Part shown: piece by piece, positions 35,048-48,639 of the stretch
How the letters are laid out: every line of letters starts with the position of its first letter
Position numbering within the stretch: the first letter of the stretch is position 1
NCBI RefSeq assembly: GCF_004010195.1
Contig: NC_057728.1
Coordinates: 54,594,719-54,658,718 of the forward strand
Reading direction: 5' to 3'
Source of the DNA: Chiloscyllium plagiosum
Taxonomy: Eukaryota
Length of the DNA: 64,000 bases
Notes under the pieces: model-generated
The model's input: the letters and a program-made list of their open reading frames with translations, nothing else
Databases searched by the model: none
Told to the model about the DNA's origin: nothing
Program-made: the position numbers and the translations under genes

Positions 35048-36427
35048 TACTGATGAGCAGCCAGGGTACAGTTCAGGGAGAGTGCGGTCATTGAAGATTG
35101 GGTACAAATAGGGCAGCGCATTTTCCAAATTGGGGTTTGGATTGAGAATATCAAGTTGTCAAGTTGCACTTCATCGGGTTATGGATCTTTATGTCGAGTG
35201 AATATTTGTAGGAGTTGGTGACGATTTCTGATAATGCTCAGTAGCTGCTTGTTGACATTTTTCTTTGAGGTGAATGGTAACTGTAATATTTGACTGAAAT
35301 GTAACTGGTCTCAGGGAATGGATGCACTGGTTACTTGAAGAGGCCAGGAGGCAACAGGAAGAAGGGATTTGGGGAGATTAGCACATTAGTGAAGGAGGCC
35401 ATTTGGCCCATCACTCCCTGTACCAAGAATTGGGGCTGGAGTCTTCTGCACTTTAGCTCAGAGCATGACTCAGGACTTGGGCCTCAACCCCACTCTGACT
35501 GTCATCCAATTGGGAGGCTGCCTCTGGTGTCACCAACCATCTCAGGATGGGGCTAATGAGGAGGGGTGTGGGACCCTGAAGTTGGGAAATCAATTGAAAG
35601 TCCTGAACGTTTAGAAAGAGGGGAAGTTCACTTGCCAGTGGTAAGTGCCTTTGCTGTCATAGGAAATTACAAGGTCAGCTCCATCTTGAGGCAGCCCCTG
35701 ACTAAGTTTGTATCTCACTAAGGCTAGCTGGTTGAAACCATGGTTTCAGTTGAGTTAGGGTTAGGGTTACGGATAGTTGGAGTGGGTGGGGAGGTAGGGA
35801 GGTAGTTGGTGATTTTAGGAAGCCTTGCCAAGACCCTAGGCCAGCCACCGCTGACCAGCTCCCTCCAGGCCCTACCTGGGTATGGCCTCAGTAAGAGGCT
35901 TCATATTCTCAATCAGCCTCCAAACACGAGTTGGTTAGTTGATAGCTCTTCACCGCAACGAGGGAAGGTAACCTCTGCAGGTGATGGAGAAAGTGAGGAC
36001 TGCAGATCAGAATCGAGAGTGCGGTGATGGAAAAGCACAGTCCAAGAAGACTACATTATTATTAGAGAGAGGCAACTAATGTTGATTTAGCCTGAAGGTC
36101 ACCATACCTCAGGCGAGGGGAGAGGTTGGGGCCTTCATGGTAACCTCAACTGATGCAAGGATTGAAGTCACACTGTTGGTGTCCCTCTTTATTGCAAACC
36201 AGCCAACAAAGCTAACTGGCAACTATAAAGTAAATGCAACAGAGTGACCCATAATACATGGGATCCCCAGTTTATGAATGTCCAAATTATGAATGCTCGT
36301 ACTTATGAATGTGATCCCATACAGGGTCGTAATTTTAAAGATGTGATACACAAACTTTTCTGTACTTAACAACAGGTACATTATATTGTCCTGCACTGTG
36401 TTTCTGAATTGTGTACAAATTGACTAT

Positions 36428-36783
36428 AAAATCATGAGGGGCATGGATAGCATACATAGACAAAGTCCCCCCTGGGGTGGGGGAGTCCAGAACTAGAGGG
36501 CATGGGTTTAGGGTGAGAGGGGCAAGATATAAAAGAGACCTAAAGGGCAACTTTTTCACACAGAAGGTGGTGCATGTATGGATGAGCTGCCAGAGGAAGT
36601 GGTGGAGGCTAGTACGATTGTAACATTTAAAATGCATTTGGATGGGTATATGAATAGGAAGGGTTTGGAGGGATATGGGCCAGGTGCTGGCAGGTGGGAC
36701 TAGATTACGTTAGGATATCTGGTTGGCATGGACGAGTTGGACCAAAGAGTCTGTTTCCATGCTGTACATCTCTATGACTCTGA
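36428..36783 (+). mobile_element. CR1 3' end
   Basis: ESRTRGHGFRVRG.RYKRDL.GNFFTQKVV.VW; ctctatgactct tail. Confidence 0.88.
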
Positions 36784-37706
36784 CTGGTGAACTTTGTTTG
36801 CACAGAAGTCTAGTGCTCGCAAGGATAACTTTGTACTACAAGATATTATTGCACCACAACCCCTACAGGTATTCACATAGCTCTGCAATCTCTGGTGGCT
36901 CCTGCTCAAACTCCTGACTCTGTTACATCTCAAACAAGTTAAGAAAGCAGGAACAACCAAATGATCAGCTTTACAGAAGTAGGGCTGTTCTGCATGCTGG
37001 ATTATTTTTAAAATGTATTTGCAGGATGCAGGTGTTGTTCATTCTAAATTATTAATTGCCCGAAGGAGGACGGTACTGAATGCCGGTCTGGATCATTTCA
37101 GAGGAGAGTTCAGAGTCTATTACATTAGTGTGGAGTTAAAGTCACAGACTGGGGTCGATGGCAAATTCTCTTTTCTGGAGGATATTAGTGAATAGGTTTT
37201 TTTCTAACAATGCAGTAGATTCAGTGATAATTAATTTATCGTAAAAAAAATGTAAGCAGTCAAGTTACCCAGCTACTCACAGAGGATGAGAACTATGTAC
37301 AGTAATTGTTTAGTTCAGGTTTCTGGATGACTACCCTAGTATCAGAACCTGAGGCTGCCATATCATTAAACAACCCATTTCAGAACTGATTGAGGAATCA
37401 CTGATACGGTAACTGACGGCCACTTTTTGTGAAAATTATCAATATTATAGGACACAGTATTTATAATATACAGTCATATTCTGCTGGTAAACAAGTACAC
37501 ACTTGTTAATATCAGTAATTAAAATTAGGTGATTTCACACAGGAATACACTTGTTAAAATGAGGAAGGTACTATTAAATCTATCTATACTGTGTTACTAT
37601 CTTCATTCTCTTATCCATTTACAAACTCTTTGATTCACATTCTTTAAGGATAAACTTTTGTAATCAGATTTGCCATATTAGAATCGTCTCATCTTAAAGC
37701 TCTTAA

Positions 37707-38430
37707 GAAACATAAAACCATAGAAAATAGGAACAGGAGTAGGCCATTCAACCCTTCAAGCCTGCTCTGTCATTCAATATGATCATGGCTGATCATCCAA
37801 CTAAGTCCCCTGTTCCCACTTTCTCCCCATACCCTTTAATCCCTTTAGCCCTAAGAAACATGTCTAACTCCATCTTGAAAACATACAATGTTTTGGCCTC
37901 AATCACTTTCTGTGGTAGAGAATTCCACAGGCTCAGCACTCAATGGGTGAAGAAATCTTTCCTCATCTCAGTCCTAGTTGGCCCAGATTGTATCCTTAGG
38001 CAATGATCCTTGGTTCTGGACTGCCTGGTCATTGGGAACATCCTTCCTTAATCTAGTCCTGTTAGAATGTTATAGGTTTCTCCCCTCATTCTTCTAAACT
38101 CCAATGGACATTGCCCTAACTAATCTAGTCTCTCTTCATACCTCAGTCCTGCTATCCCAAGAACCATTCCAGTAAACCTTCACTGTATTCCCTCTACAGC
38201 AAGACCTCCTTTCTTAAATAAGGGGACCAAAACTGCACACAGTATTCCAGGAATGGTCTCACCAAGGTTCTAAGCAATTGCAGCAAAACATCCCCACTCC
38301 TGTACTCAAATCCTCTCGCTATGAAGGCCAGTATATCATTTTCGTCTTCACCACCTGCTGCACCTGCATACTTACTTTCATTGACTGGTGTGCAATATCA
38401 CCTTGGTCTCATTGCAACTCCTCCTATCCT
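37707..38430 (-). mobile_element. CR1 3' fragment
   Basis: (agaaacat)-type tail, aggagtaggccattc stem and C-terminal ORF2 remnants; same family as 47170-48330 and 59617-60237. Confidence 0.8.
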
Positions 38431-38584
38431 TCCTGGTGTAATGTAGAAATGTATTGTATCTATGTTATGTCTTTCTTGATTCTAATGAACCTTATCTAGC
38501 TTTAAAACATCTCTTACCAGCTTACAGGGGCAGCATGCTTGCTTCTAAGGATCGGCTCAAGTCTCACTGGATTGTTGAGTATAT

Positions 38585-38817
38585 AGTCGTGAGTTTGGTG
38601 CTGGAAAAGCACAACAGGTCAGGCAGCATCCGAGGAGCAGAAAAATTGACATTTCGGGCATAAGCCTTTCATCAGGAATGAGGCTCATTCCTGATGAAGG
38701 GCTTATGCCCGAAACGTCGATTCTCCTGCTCCTCGGATACTACCTGACCTGTTGTGCTTTTCCAACACCACACTCTCGACTTTGATGTCCAGCATCTGCA
38801 GTCCTCACTTTCTCCTA
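38585..38817. mobile_element. Fold-back PLE-derived element with opposed hammerhead cores and an 11-bp TSD (stab2 intron 3)
   Basis: Palindrome centred on caggaatg-aggct-cattcctg. gttgagtatat at 38574-38584 and 38818-38828. Cores at 38648-38675 (-) and 38691-38718 (+). Confidence 0.9.
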
Positions 38818-40124
38818 GTTGAGTATATGTTCCAGGTTGGCACGTCAGTGCCATACTGAGGGAACGTGTCCTGCCTTTCAGATGAGATGTTAAATTGAGA
38901 CCAAGGGTGGATTTGTACAGGGGTCTGAACACCATGGGAAATGATGAGATGTGTGTCAGAATTGGGAGAAACAAGAGACAAGACCCATTTCAATACTGAG
39001 AAGATCTCACTCCATCATCCATGCTTTTCAGGAATGGCCTGGCAAAATTGTCACTGGTCAGGATCCTGCTGAAGAAGTCACACCCGATTTTGAACATTAG
39101 CTTTGTTTCACTCTCCACCAGACCTGCTGAGTTTCTCTAGCATTCTCTGTTTGCTAATTTCTTTTAATGTGATACTTTCATGAAGACCTTTAACAAAAAT
39201 TATGAACAGGAGGGCTCCTAGCTTGGAATTTTTGTAGGATTGCACTGTGATAGCCACTCCAATGGTCTTTTTTCTCTGTTCTCTACTAAACCAATTGAGC
39301 AACAAATTTATTATCCTGCTTTATTCTTTTTTAGTCTCAGGAAGAATCTTTGCAAATATACCCCAAAAGTGTAGTTCTATGGATCTCCATTCAACACTAT
39401 TACTACTCAAAGATTTTCAACAAAACCTGATGGAACTATTTTAAATATAATTGATTGCGTCTACATTTGTCAAACCAATGACTTTTGTTTAATCAAACTC
39501 CAATACAATATATCTATTTCAAACACTGTTGCACAAGGTGTTTTAATATTCAGTCCTGAAGCTGTTGAGGATTGGGAACAGCTCTGTAGGGGGGAAGACA
39601 TGAACGAGCAGGTAATAGTCAAGTGTATAAACTTGATAGAGGGTGTGGGTGAAAGCACTGAAGAGGGCAAGGTAAAGATTTTGAAGAATGATAGCAGATA
39701 TAAGAGATTGAAAAGTCTCTTACTCGAGAAAATAGAAGAATAAGGTGTAAACTTGAAACAGGTCTTTACAATTATGAAGAAGTTTGATTGGTTAGAGGGA
39801 GTTTTCCTCTTGAGGTGGATTTTATATGTTGGGCAAGACCCAAACTAGATATGAGAAATGTAAGTTTGTCACTAATAAATCCCATGAGAATTTTAGGGGA
39901 AACTGGTTTATTAAACAGTGGTTAGACTATGGAACTTAGTACCACAAAGAAATAGATGGATTTAAGGGGAAGCTAAGTATTCATATAAGGCAGCAAAGAA
40001 CAGAAACATGGGGGTGGGAGAAGTCTAACATGGAGCATAAGCACTTGGCAGAGAGAGACAGGGTGATTGTAACTTATTGATTGTAGGATGATCGTGGATC
40101 TGAGAGTGGTGTAAGATGGATGTG

Positions 40125-40530
40125 GGGCAATGGTGGTGTCGTGCTCACCTCACTGGACAAGTGATCCAGAGACCTTGGCTAAAGCTCTCAAGACATGGGT
40201 TCAAACCTCACTGTGGCAACTAATGGGTCTTAAGTTCAAATTCAAATGATTTCTCTGCAATTGAATGCTAGTTCTAGTCATTCTGACCATGAAACTATCA
40301 GCGATTGGTGTAAAGTCACGCCTGATTGACAGATGTCTTTCTGGGAAGAATGTCTGCCATTCCCACTTGGACTGGTCTACATGCAGACGCCACACCCACA
40401 GAAAAGTAATTGACTTTAACTGCCCTCTAGAATGGCTCAGTAAATCACTGAATCATGGGAAATTGGGGATGGGCAACAAGAGCTGGCCTTTCCAGTCATG
40501 CCCATATCCCATGGAAGAATGCAGAAAAAA
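40125..40530 (+). mobile_element. tRNA-derived SINE, near full length, with LINE-derived 3' tail
   Basis: Head with gggttcaaacc B box; tail ggggatgggcaacaagagctggcct...atgcccatatcccatg. Confidence 0.7.
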
Positions 40531-41002
40531 ATGGCATCCAGTCTATGGGTGGGAGTAGATGAAAGCAGTATTGACAGGACCTGTTAGGTTGAGTGACGTG
40601 TTTCTATGTTGCAAGTAGTTTGCAACTTTCTTTATTGCAAGACTTAACAAAAATTGAGATGTAAAACTAGGCCTGGATCTCATGCAAGCAAAAGTCCATT
40701 GATTTGCACTGGGGAAGCTCCAAGAAAGACTGGCAGACCCAAGAGGGCTTGCAATCTCACAGAAGAGATTGCTTTTCCATTTTCCTGTCATGAACTGATT
40801 AATCCTCCAAGGGCATGGAAGTGGAACATGCTTCCCATGTTCCTTCCTTACAGTTCCAATATCATTGCCAGCAAAAGTTGAGGAATCTGGCACCTTTGTA
40901 ACTGATTAACTCCATTCCAGAGCCTTGTGTTAAAATTCCAGTTTGACCGTTCCAGTGCGCTGTGCTCCACTGGCGAACATGCCATTTTTCAGATGAGGTG
41001 AA

Positions 41003-41315
41003 GGCGGCACGGTGGCTCAGTGATTAGCACTGTTGCCTCACAACAACAGGGACCTGGGTATGATTCCAACCTCAGGCATCTGTCTGTGTGAGGTTTACAT
41101 TGGTCTCCCTGTGTCTGCGTGGATTTCCGCCCACAATTCAAAGATGTGTAGGTTAGGTGAATTGGCCATGCTAAATTGCCCATAGTGTTAGGTGCATTAG
41201 TCAGGGAGAAATATAGGGTAGGGGAATTGGTCTGGGTGGGTTACTGTTCAGAGGGTTAGTGTGGACTTGTTGGGCCAAATGGCCTGTTTCCACACTGTGG
41301 GTAATCAGATCTAAT
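41003..41315 (+). mobile_element. HE1-type V-SINE nested in a DeuSINE-like element
   Basis: ggcggcacggtggctcagtg head to cagatctaat tail; DeuSINE-like sequence on both flanks. Confidence 0.85.
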
Positions 41316-42059
41316 GTTTGCTTTTTCAGGTGGATGGGAAAGATCCCATGGGGATTATTTAAAGACTGGACAGGGAAGTTCTCCCTAAAGTCTTTGACTG
41401 TATTTAACTTTCAACCAACATCAGCGAGACAGTTGACATCATTGTTACTTCATCACCGTTTTGGGATCTCACTGTGCCCAAATTGGCTGCTGCATTTCCT
41501 TACATTGCAACACGTCAAAGATATTTAACTGACTGCAAAGCGTTTTGGGATGCTGTAGAAAAGTGCTATAGGAATGTGATTACTTTTCTTCATTTTTTTT
41601 CCAAACAAGGCATTTGTAAGCATAGGCTGAGCATGTTTAGACACAATCTCACAAACAATTGCATCAATAATTAACTTGGTGAGGCAGGGTGCACCATAGA
41701 GAGTTCTGTCTTCCTGGCCTTATCATTGTTATCCTACTTGATGTTTCCTTATTGATAACGGGGGCCCATTAATCCTTCTGTAGGTTATGTCTTCTACAGA
41801 TTTTAAACATCCTGCTTTTAGGAAACAGTTGTAATGATTACTGTCTGTGAGAAAGAGCTGAGGGGCATGGGTGAACAGTTGTTAGCTGCCCATCATTGAC
41901 CTGAGGAAGTCCTGGAAATCCTAATTCACAATGCTGGTGATTGCCACTGATGAATATTTGTCAGTTAAAGAGTTTTCAAGCAGTTGACTTTGAATTCAAT
42001 TAATTTGGAATTAAAATGAAAAGCTAGTCTAATGGTGACTGTGGAATCCATGTCCAAAA

Positions 42060-42850
42060 GCAGCAAAACCTAGACAACCTCTAGGCTTGGGCTGACAAGT
42101 GTCAAGTTACATTCACGCTGTACAAAGGCAGGGCGATAACAAATCTCCAACAAGAGAGAATCCAACTATTGACATCCAATGGCATGACCATGGCTAAAAC
42201 CACCGACATCAACATCCTAGGGGGTTATAACTGACCAGAAACTACATTGGACTAACCATATAAATATAGTGGTGACAAAAGCAGGTCAGATGCTGGGAAT
42301 TCTGTGATGAATAACTCTGCTCCTGCCTCCTCAAACACAGTCCAGTATCTACAAGGTACAAGTCAAAAGTGTGATGGAATATTCCCCACTCACCTTGACG
42401 AGTGCAGCTCCAACACCACTCTGAAAACTCAACACCATCCATGACAAAGCAGACCACTTAATCAACACCCCATCCACCACCTTAGTCACTTTCTATCCCT
42501 GACACACAGTTGTAACAGTGTATACCATCAACAAAATGCACAATAACTCATCAAAGCTTCCTTTAGCACCTTTCAAACCTGTGATCTCTACCACCCAGAA
42601 TGACAAGGGCAGCACAAGCATGGGAAGCGATCACCTGAAAGTTTCCTTCCAATCCTCACGTCATTTTGACTTGGAAATATGTCATTGTTCCTTCACTGCC
42701 GTTGGGTCAAAATCCTGGAGCTCCCTTCCTTATAGCTTGTGGGTATACCTACACTATGTGGATTGCAGTGGTTCAAGAAGGTAACTCAAGGGAAGTTAAT
42801 GGTGTCTCAATAAATGCTGGACTAGCCAATAACACTTACATCCTATGAAT
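42060..42850 (+). mobile_element. Second LINE family (CR1/L2 group) 3' region
   Basis: AWADKCQVTF, INILG, IYKVQVKSVMEYSP motifs plus the shared 3' UTR. Confidence 0.78.
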
Positions 42851-42979
42851 AAATGAATTAAGTTAAACAATTTGTCAATGTATAATATATGCCTATAAAG
42901 TACTGAATCTACTTACAAATGAACCGTACAATATTCAAAATTGCTTTTTACTGTGGATCAAAATGAGGCATTGAACAGA

Positions 42980-43980
42980 CTGTAACAGGTGTGCCACAGG
43001 GATCAGTGCTGGGACCATAATTACATACAATGTGTATTAATAACTTAGATGAGGGAAGTCAATGTACAATGACCAAGTTAATGGATGACACTGAAATAGA
43101 GGGAAAGAAAATGGTGAGATGACACAAAGAATCTGCAGAGGGATGTAGACTAGATTAAGTGAGTGGTCTATCACTTCACAGATGAAGTATAATATGGAAA
43201 AATATGAGGACATGTACTTTGGCAGGTGGAATAGTGGAATGGATATTATTTTTTTAAATGAAGAAAGACTGTGGAAAGCTACAGAACAAAGGGATTTTGG
43301 AATCCTCGTGCATAAATTTCAAAACGCCAGCATGCAAATTCAATGGGTAATAGAGAAGACAAATAGAATGCTGGCCTTCAAAAGAAATAGATACAAAACT
43401 ATGTTTAGCTAAAACTACATAATGTGTCAGACTACAGCTGGAATCCTCTGACAAGTTTTGGGCCCCTTATCAAAGGAAATATATTTCTGGTATTGGAGAC
43501 AGTCCGGAGAAGGTTCACTAGGGCTGATCCCAGGTATGGAGGGACTGTCTTATGAGGAGAAGTCAAGTAAGTTGAGCCTATAATCATTGGAATACAGAAA
43601 AATGAGAGGTGACCTAATTAAAGCATTCAAGATTCTTGGTGGACTTGACAGGATAGATGCTGAAAGGTTGTTTTCCCTTGTGGGAGAATCTGGGACCAAA
43701 GGGAATAAACTCAGTGTCAAGGTCATATATTGAAGAGGGAGATGAGGATGAATTTCTTTTCTCATGGAGTAGTGAATCCATGGACTACTTTACTATCGAG
43801 GATTGTTGAGGTTGGGACATTAAGTATATTCAAGGCTGAAATAGATTTTTTTTTAGTCAGTAAGGGAATCAAGAATTATGAGGAAAAGGCAGGAAATTGG
43901 AGTTGAGGGTTATCAGATAATCTCATTGGATGGCAGAGCACATTCGATGGGCTGAATGATCTACTTCTGCTCCTATAGGG
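42980..43980 (+). mobile_element. CR1 RT to 3' end, decayed
   Basis: GVPQGSVLGP, DDT, RRFTR.IP, MRGDLIKAFKIL. Confidence 0.85.
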
Positions 43981-44251
43981 TTTAGATTGAAATGCTTTTG
44001 CTCTAATCCAGCAGCTAGTGGATAGTGCTAAAGTGAGATGAGGCCATGGGTCAGCCATTATCTCATTGAGTGGCAGAGCAAACTTAAGACACTGAATAGT
44101 CTCCTCCTATAGTTGGTGGAAGAGGTTAGAGGAAAATATCAATCCATCCAGATTCACATCAACTTCTATTCCTGCTGTAATGTGCAGACGAAGATCCTGA
44201 ACATGAGTAAAGGGGAGGCAAAGTGAAGACTGGTCCCACAGCCTGAAAACT

Positions 44252-44595
44252 TAGAATCCTTGCAGTACAAAATGAGGCCGTTTATCCTATTGAAGTCTTC
44301 ACTGACCTGCCGAAGAGAATCACACCCAGACCTAGTCCTCCATCCCATCCAGGTACCCCTGCATTTGCCAAAGCTAACCCACCTAGCCTGCTCACTATAG
44401 GGTAAATCAGCATGGCCAATCCATCTAACCTGCACATCTTTAGACCGTAGGAGGAAATCATAGCGCCCAGTAGAAACCTATCCAGACACAGGGAGAATGT
44501 GCAAATTCCACACACAGTTATTCAAGGCTGGAATTGAACCAGGGTCCCTGCTCCTGTGATGTAGCAGTGCTAAACACTGATCCGCTGTGCTGCCC
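44252..44595 (-). mobile_element. HE1-type V-SINE, diverged
   Basis: Minus-strand head (cagtgtttagcactgct) and tail (gattcta). Confidence 0.75.
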
Positions 44596-45036
44596 CAAGT
44601 TATTGGATGAAGAGTTTTAAGAGTAGGGAAGAAAGTGGCAAGATGATTGGCAGCTGCAGCTAACATCACACTTAATAATCCAAAGGAGGAGTAAGAGATA
44701 CTCAAGCCCTTAGACTTGTTTCACTACTCAATTCAATAACTTCTCAACTTTATCTCAACTCTAATTAGTCACATTGCTGTTCTTACCAACCAACAATCAA
44801 CTGTAAAAGGCTGGCCGTTGAGGAAGGATATTAATACCTTTGTATAGAGGTACAGTGTACCAAAACATTGGAGCACAATTATGTCACTGAGTCACTTGAG
44901 CCTGCTCCTCTGTTCAGTAAGAACCTGATTACTCCACAGATCCGCCTACCTCAGCAACCCTCTTGCTTATCAAGAATTGATCGGCCTCTGCTTAAAGACA
45001 TTCAAGGATTCTGCTTCCACCACCTTTTCACAAAAG

Positions 45037-45255
45037 TGATATAGAGGAGCTGGTGTTGGACTGGGGTGGAAAAAGGAACAAATCACACAACATTAGGTTA
45101 TAGTCTGACAGGTTTGTTTGGAGGTACTAGCTTTTGAACTGCTGCACCTTTATCAATTGGTTGTGACACCCCTGATGAAAAAGCAATGCTCCGAAAGCTA
45201 GCGCTTCCAAATAAACCTGTTGGACTATAACCTGGTGTTGTGTAATTTTTAACTT
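45037..45255. mobile_element. Short fold-back PLE-derived element (family of 4718 and 6106), diverged
   Basis: ggtgttggactggggtg...aggttatagtc / gactataacctggtgttgtg; degenerate CTGATGA...GAAAGCTA core near 45172. Confidence 0.8.
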
Positions 45256-45384
45256 CTTCAGGAAAAGATTTCCAAATTTGCACAACTCTGTGTGAGAAAA
45301 CAATTCTTCTCATCCCTCTCTTAAAAGGATGACCCTCTTGAATTTTAAAGAGTGACCCCTACTTCTAGATTGTTCCACGAGAGC

Positions 45385-46177
45385 ACATCCTTGTAAATCT
45401 TTTCTGAACTCTTTCAACTTTCACAACATCTTTCCGATACGAAGGAGACCAGAAATGTACGCAATATTCCAACAGTGGCCTAACCAATGTCCTGTACAGC
45501 CAAAACATGACCTCTCAACTCCTGTACTCAATACTCTGACCAATAAAGGAAAGCATACCAAACGTCTTCTTCACTATCCTATCTACCTGTGTCTCCACTT
45601 TCAAGGAGTGCACTATGAACCTGCACTCCAAGGTCTCTTTGTTCAGCAACACTCCCTAGGACCTTACCATTAAGTCCCACTTAAGTGTATAAATCCTTAA
45701 TGGTAAGGTCCTCGGGAGTGTTGCTGAACAAAGAGACCTTGGAGTGCAGGTTCATAGCTCCTTGAAAGTGGAGTCGCAGGTAGATAGGATAGCGAAGAAG
45801 GCGTTTGGTATGCTTTTCTTTATTGGTCATGAGGGGCATGGATAGGATAAATAGGCAAAGTCTTTTCCCTGGGTGGGGGAGTCCAGAACTAGAGGGCATA
45901 GGTTTAGGGTGAGAAGGAAAAGATATAAGAGAGACCTATGGGCAACTTTTTCTCACAGAGGGTGGTACGTGTATGGAATGAGTTGCCAAAGGAAGTGGTG
46001 GAGGCGGGTACAATTGCAACATTTAAGAGGCATTTGGATGGGTAAATGATTGGGAATGGTTTGGAGGGATATGGGCCGGGTACTGGAAGGTGGGACTAGT
46101 TGGGTTGGGTTAGCTGGTCGGCATGGACGGGTTGGACCAAAGGGTCTATTTCAATGCTGTACATCTCTATGACTCTA
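45385..46177 (+). mobile_element. CR1 3' insertion with an inverted 5' part
   Basis: 45385-45674 is minus-strand and 45696-46177 plus-strand CR1; ~135 bp is present in both orientations. Confidence 0.85.
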
Positions 46178-47519
46178 AGAGGAAACATTCTTTCCAAACT
46201 GGTCCTGTGAAGATCCCTCCGGATCCGACACATTTCAGTCAGGATGGCCTTGAACTCTTCTAACCCCCAGCCTACCCTGTCTAACTTTGCCTCATAGTAT
46301 GACCTGTTTTTAGTCCAGTAAATCTTCAGTGAATTGCTTCCAGTGTTCTTACACCATCTGTTGCATGAGCCTCGCTGCCTAGTTCTTGTTGACCAAGTAA
46401 AGTGGATCCATTAAAGTTTTGTGGAACCATCAACAAAATTTCACAATAACCCTGAGCCCATTATCTATATCAATTAGTGTGCTGCCTAAGCAGCTGCTGC
46501 TGGTGTTGTTGTTGACATTGGTGAGAGAGGCTTCCTTCCTCAGGATTGAAAGCCTGACTTGCAGTGTGCTTTCACAGTGGTGACGGTAACACTCATTCAC
46601 GTCACCATCTCTATTGACTGACTGCCACCTCATGTTTCCTTATTGATAAGATCACTGTTGAATGCTCGCAAAGAGTTAAATCGTCAGTAAAAAGACATTG
46701 AACCTGTTATGATTTTACTTGTGGATTGGCCACAAAGCCAGAGGACATGCAGTGTGAATCAGAGAAAGATTGAAGGAAATATTTTGCAACTCTGGCAGCT
46801 TCTGTGAAAGTAGAAGCTGCTAACATGTCATGGTCAACAGCCTGCAATGATTTGCTTTTGTATTTGTGAAGCAAAAATGCGTTTCTATAAAGTATTTCAT
46901 GCTATGGGCTTTTCTTAAAATGGGCGTCATCCGAACTCAGTGGTTTGTTTAGCCATTTTGGAGAGTTCTTAAAATCAGCCACATTGCTGTGGGTCTGGGG
47001 TCACATGTAGACCAGACCAGGTAAGGATGACAGATTTCCCTCCCTAAAGGACATTGGTGAAGCAGATGAGTTTTTATAATGATCAGTAATGGTCAATATT
47101 AGGCCAGCTTTTGTTTTTATTTTTAAGTCAGTTCAAATTTCATCATTTGACATTGTAGGACAGAAACAACAGAGTCTAAGAGCTGGAGTAGGCCATTCAG
47201 CCCTTTGAGTCTGCTTTGCCATCCAGTATGATCATGGCTGATCATCCAACTCTATACCCAATCCGATTTTCTCAATTCAGTGCTCTGGCCTCAACTGCTT
47301 TCTGTGGTAGAGAATTCCAGAGGCCCTTCACTCTCTGGGTGAAGACATTGCTCATCCTCTGGGTTCTAAATAGCCTACACTGTATCCTCAGACTGTGACT
47401 CCTGGTTCTGGACTCCATGGCAATGACAAACATTCTACCCTGCATTTACCCTTTCAAGTCCCATTAGAATTTTATAGGTTTCTCTGAGATCTTGCCTCAT
47501 TTTCCTAAACATCAGTGAA

Positions 47520-47725
47520 TACAGACAGTCTCTGGGTTGTGAATGGGTTCCGTTCTTAAGTCCGCCACAAGTTAACTTGTTATCAAGTCAGAACACAATG
47601 CAGGACAATGGAAAGCAGCTGTCTGTAAATATATGAAACATTCATGTGTTGGGTCTTTAAAATTACACCCCTACATGGGATCGTTTGTAATGATGAACAT
47701 GCATAAGCTGCAGATCCCCTGCATA
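47520..47725. mobile_element. TA-flanked MITE-like DNA element (pogo/Tigger-like termini); truncated relative at ~36255-36427
   Basis: Begins TA-CAG and ends ...CCCCTG-CA-TA, splitting a CR1 fragment. Its reverse complement shares gatcccat..aggg..gtaattttaaaga and attgtcctgca.tgtgtt.ctga with 36255-36427. Confidence 0.55.
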
Positions 47726-48639
47726 GCCGCCAAACTAATCGAGTCTGTCTTCATACGTTGGTTCTGCTATCTCAGGAATCAGTCTGGTAAACCTTTGTTG
47801 CACTCCCTCCACAGCCAGAGCATTCTTCCTCAGACAGGAAACCAAAACGGCACACAAGACTCCAAGTGTGGCCTCACCAACGCCCTCAACAATTTTACAG
47901 TGCCAGGCTTTATCAACTCTGACTCTCCAGCATCTGCAGTCTCACTTTCTCCTCTACAATTGCAGCAAGACAATCTGTGCAAACTCTTTCTCGCTATGAA
48001 AGACAATATACCATTTACCTTCTTCACTGCCTGCTGCACCTGCACACTTACTTTCAGTGACTGTTGTTCAAGGTCACCCAGGTCTCATTGCACCTCTTCC
48101 TAGTTCCCTATTTAGATAATAATCTGCCTTGCAACCAAAGTGGATAACCTCACAGTTAATCACATTTACACTTTATTTACCACGTATTTGGACACTCACT
48201 CAATTTGTCCAAATCACACTGAAGCATCTCAGCATCTTCTAGACAGTTTATCCTCCCACCCAGCTTTGTGTCATTTGCAAATTTGAAGATATTACATTTA
48301 GTTCCCTCATCTAAATCATGATATATCAAGTTATTTGAACATCTGGAATTCGGACATAGTGATGTAGCAATATATCATTGGGCTATTAAGCCAGAGATAA
48401 TGAGTCTGCTGCTCTGTGGATATGAGTTCAAATCCCACTATGACAGCTGGTGCAACTTGAATATAATGAATAAAATCAGCAATCTGAAGTTAGTTTCTAG
48501 AATGATGATCATGAAACTATCATTGCTGGTTGTAAAAATCAAAGCTCTCATAAAAATATTTATAAAAAAATACCAAAGCTCTGTCCTTGCCTGCTCAGGC
48601 CTAATGTGTCTCAAGCAATGTGATTAGCTCTGATTGTCC

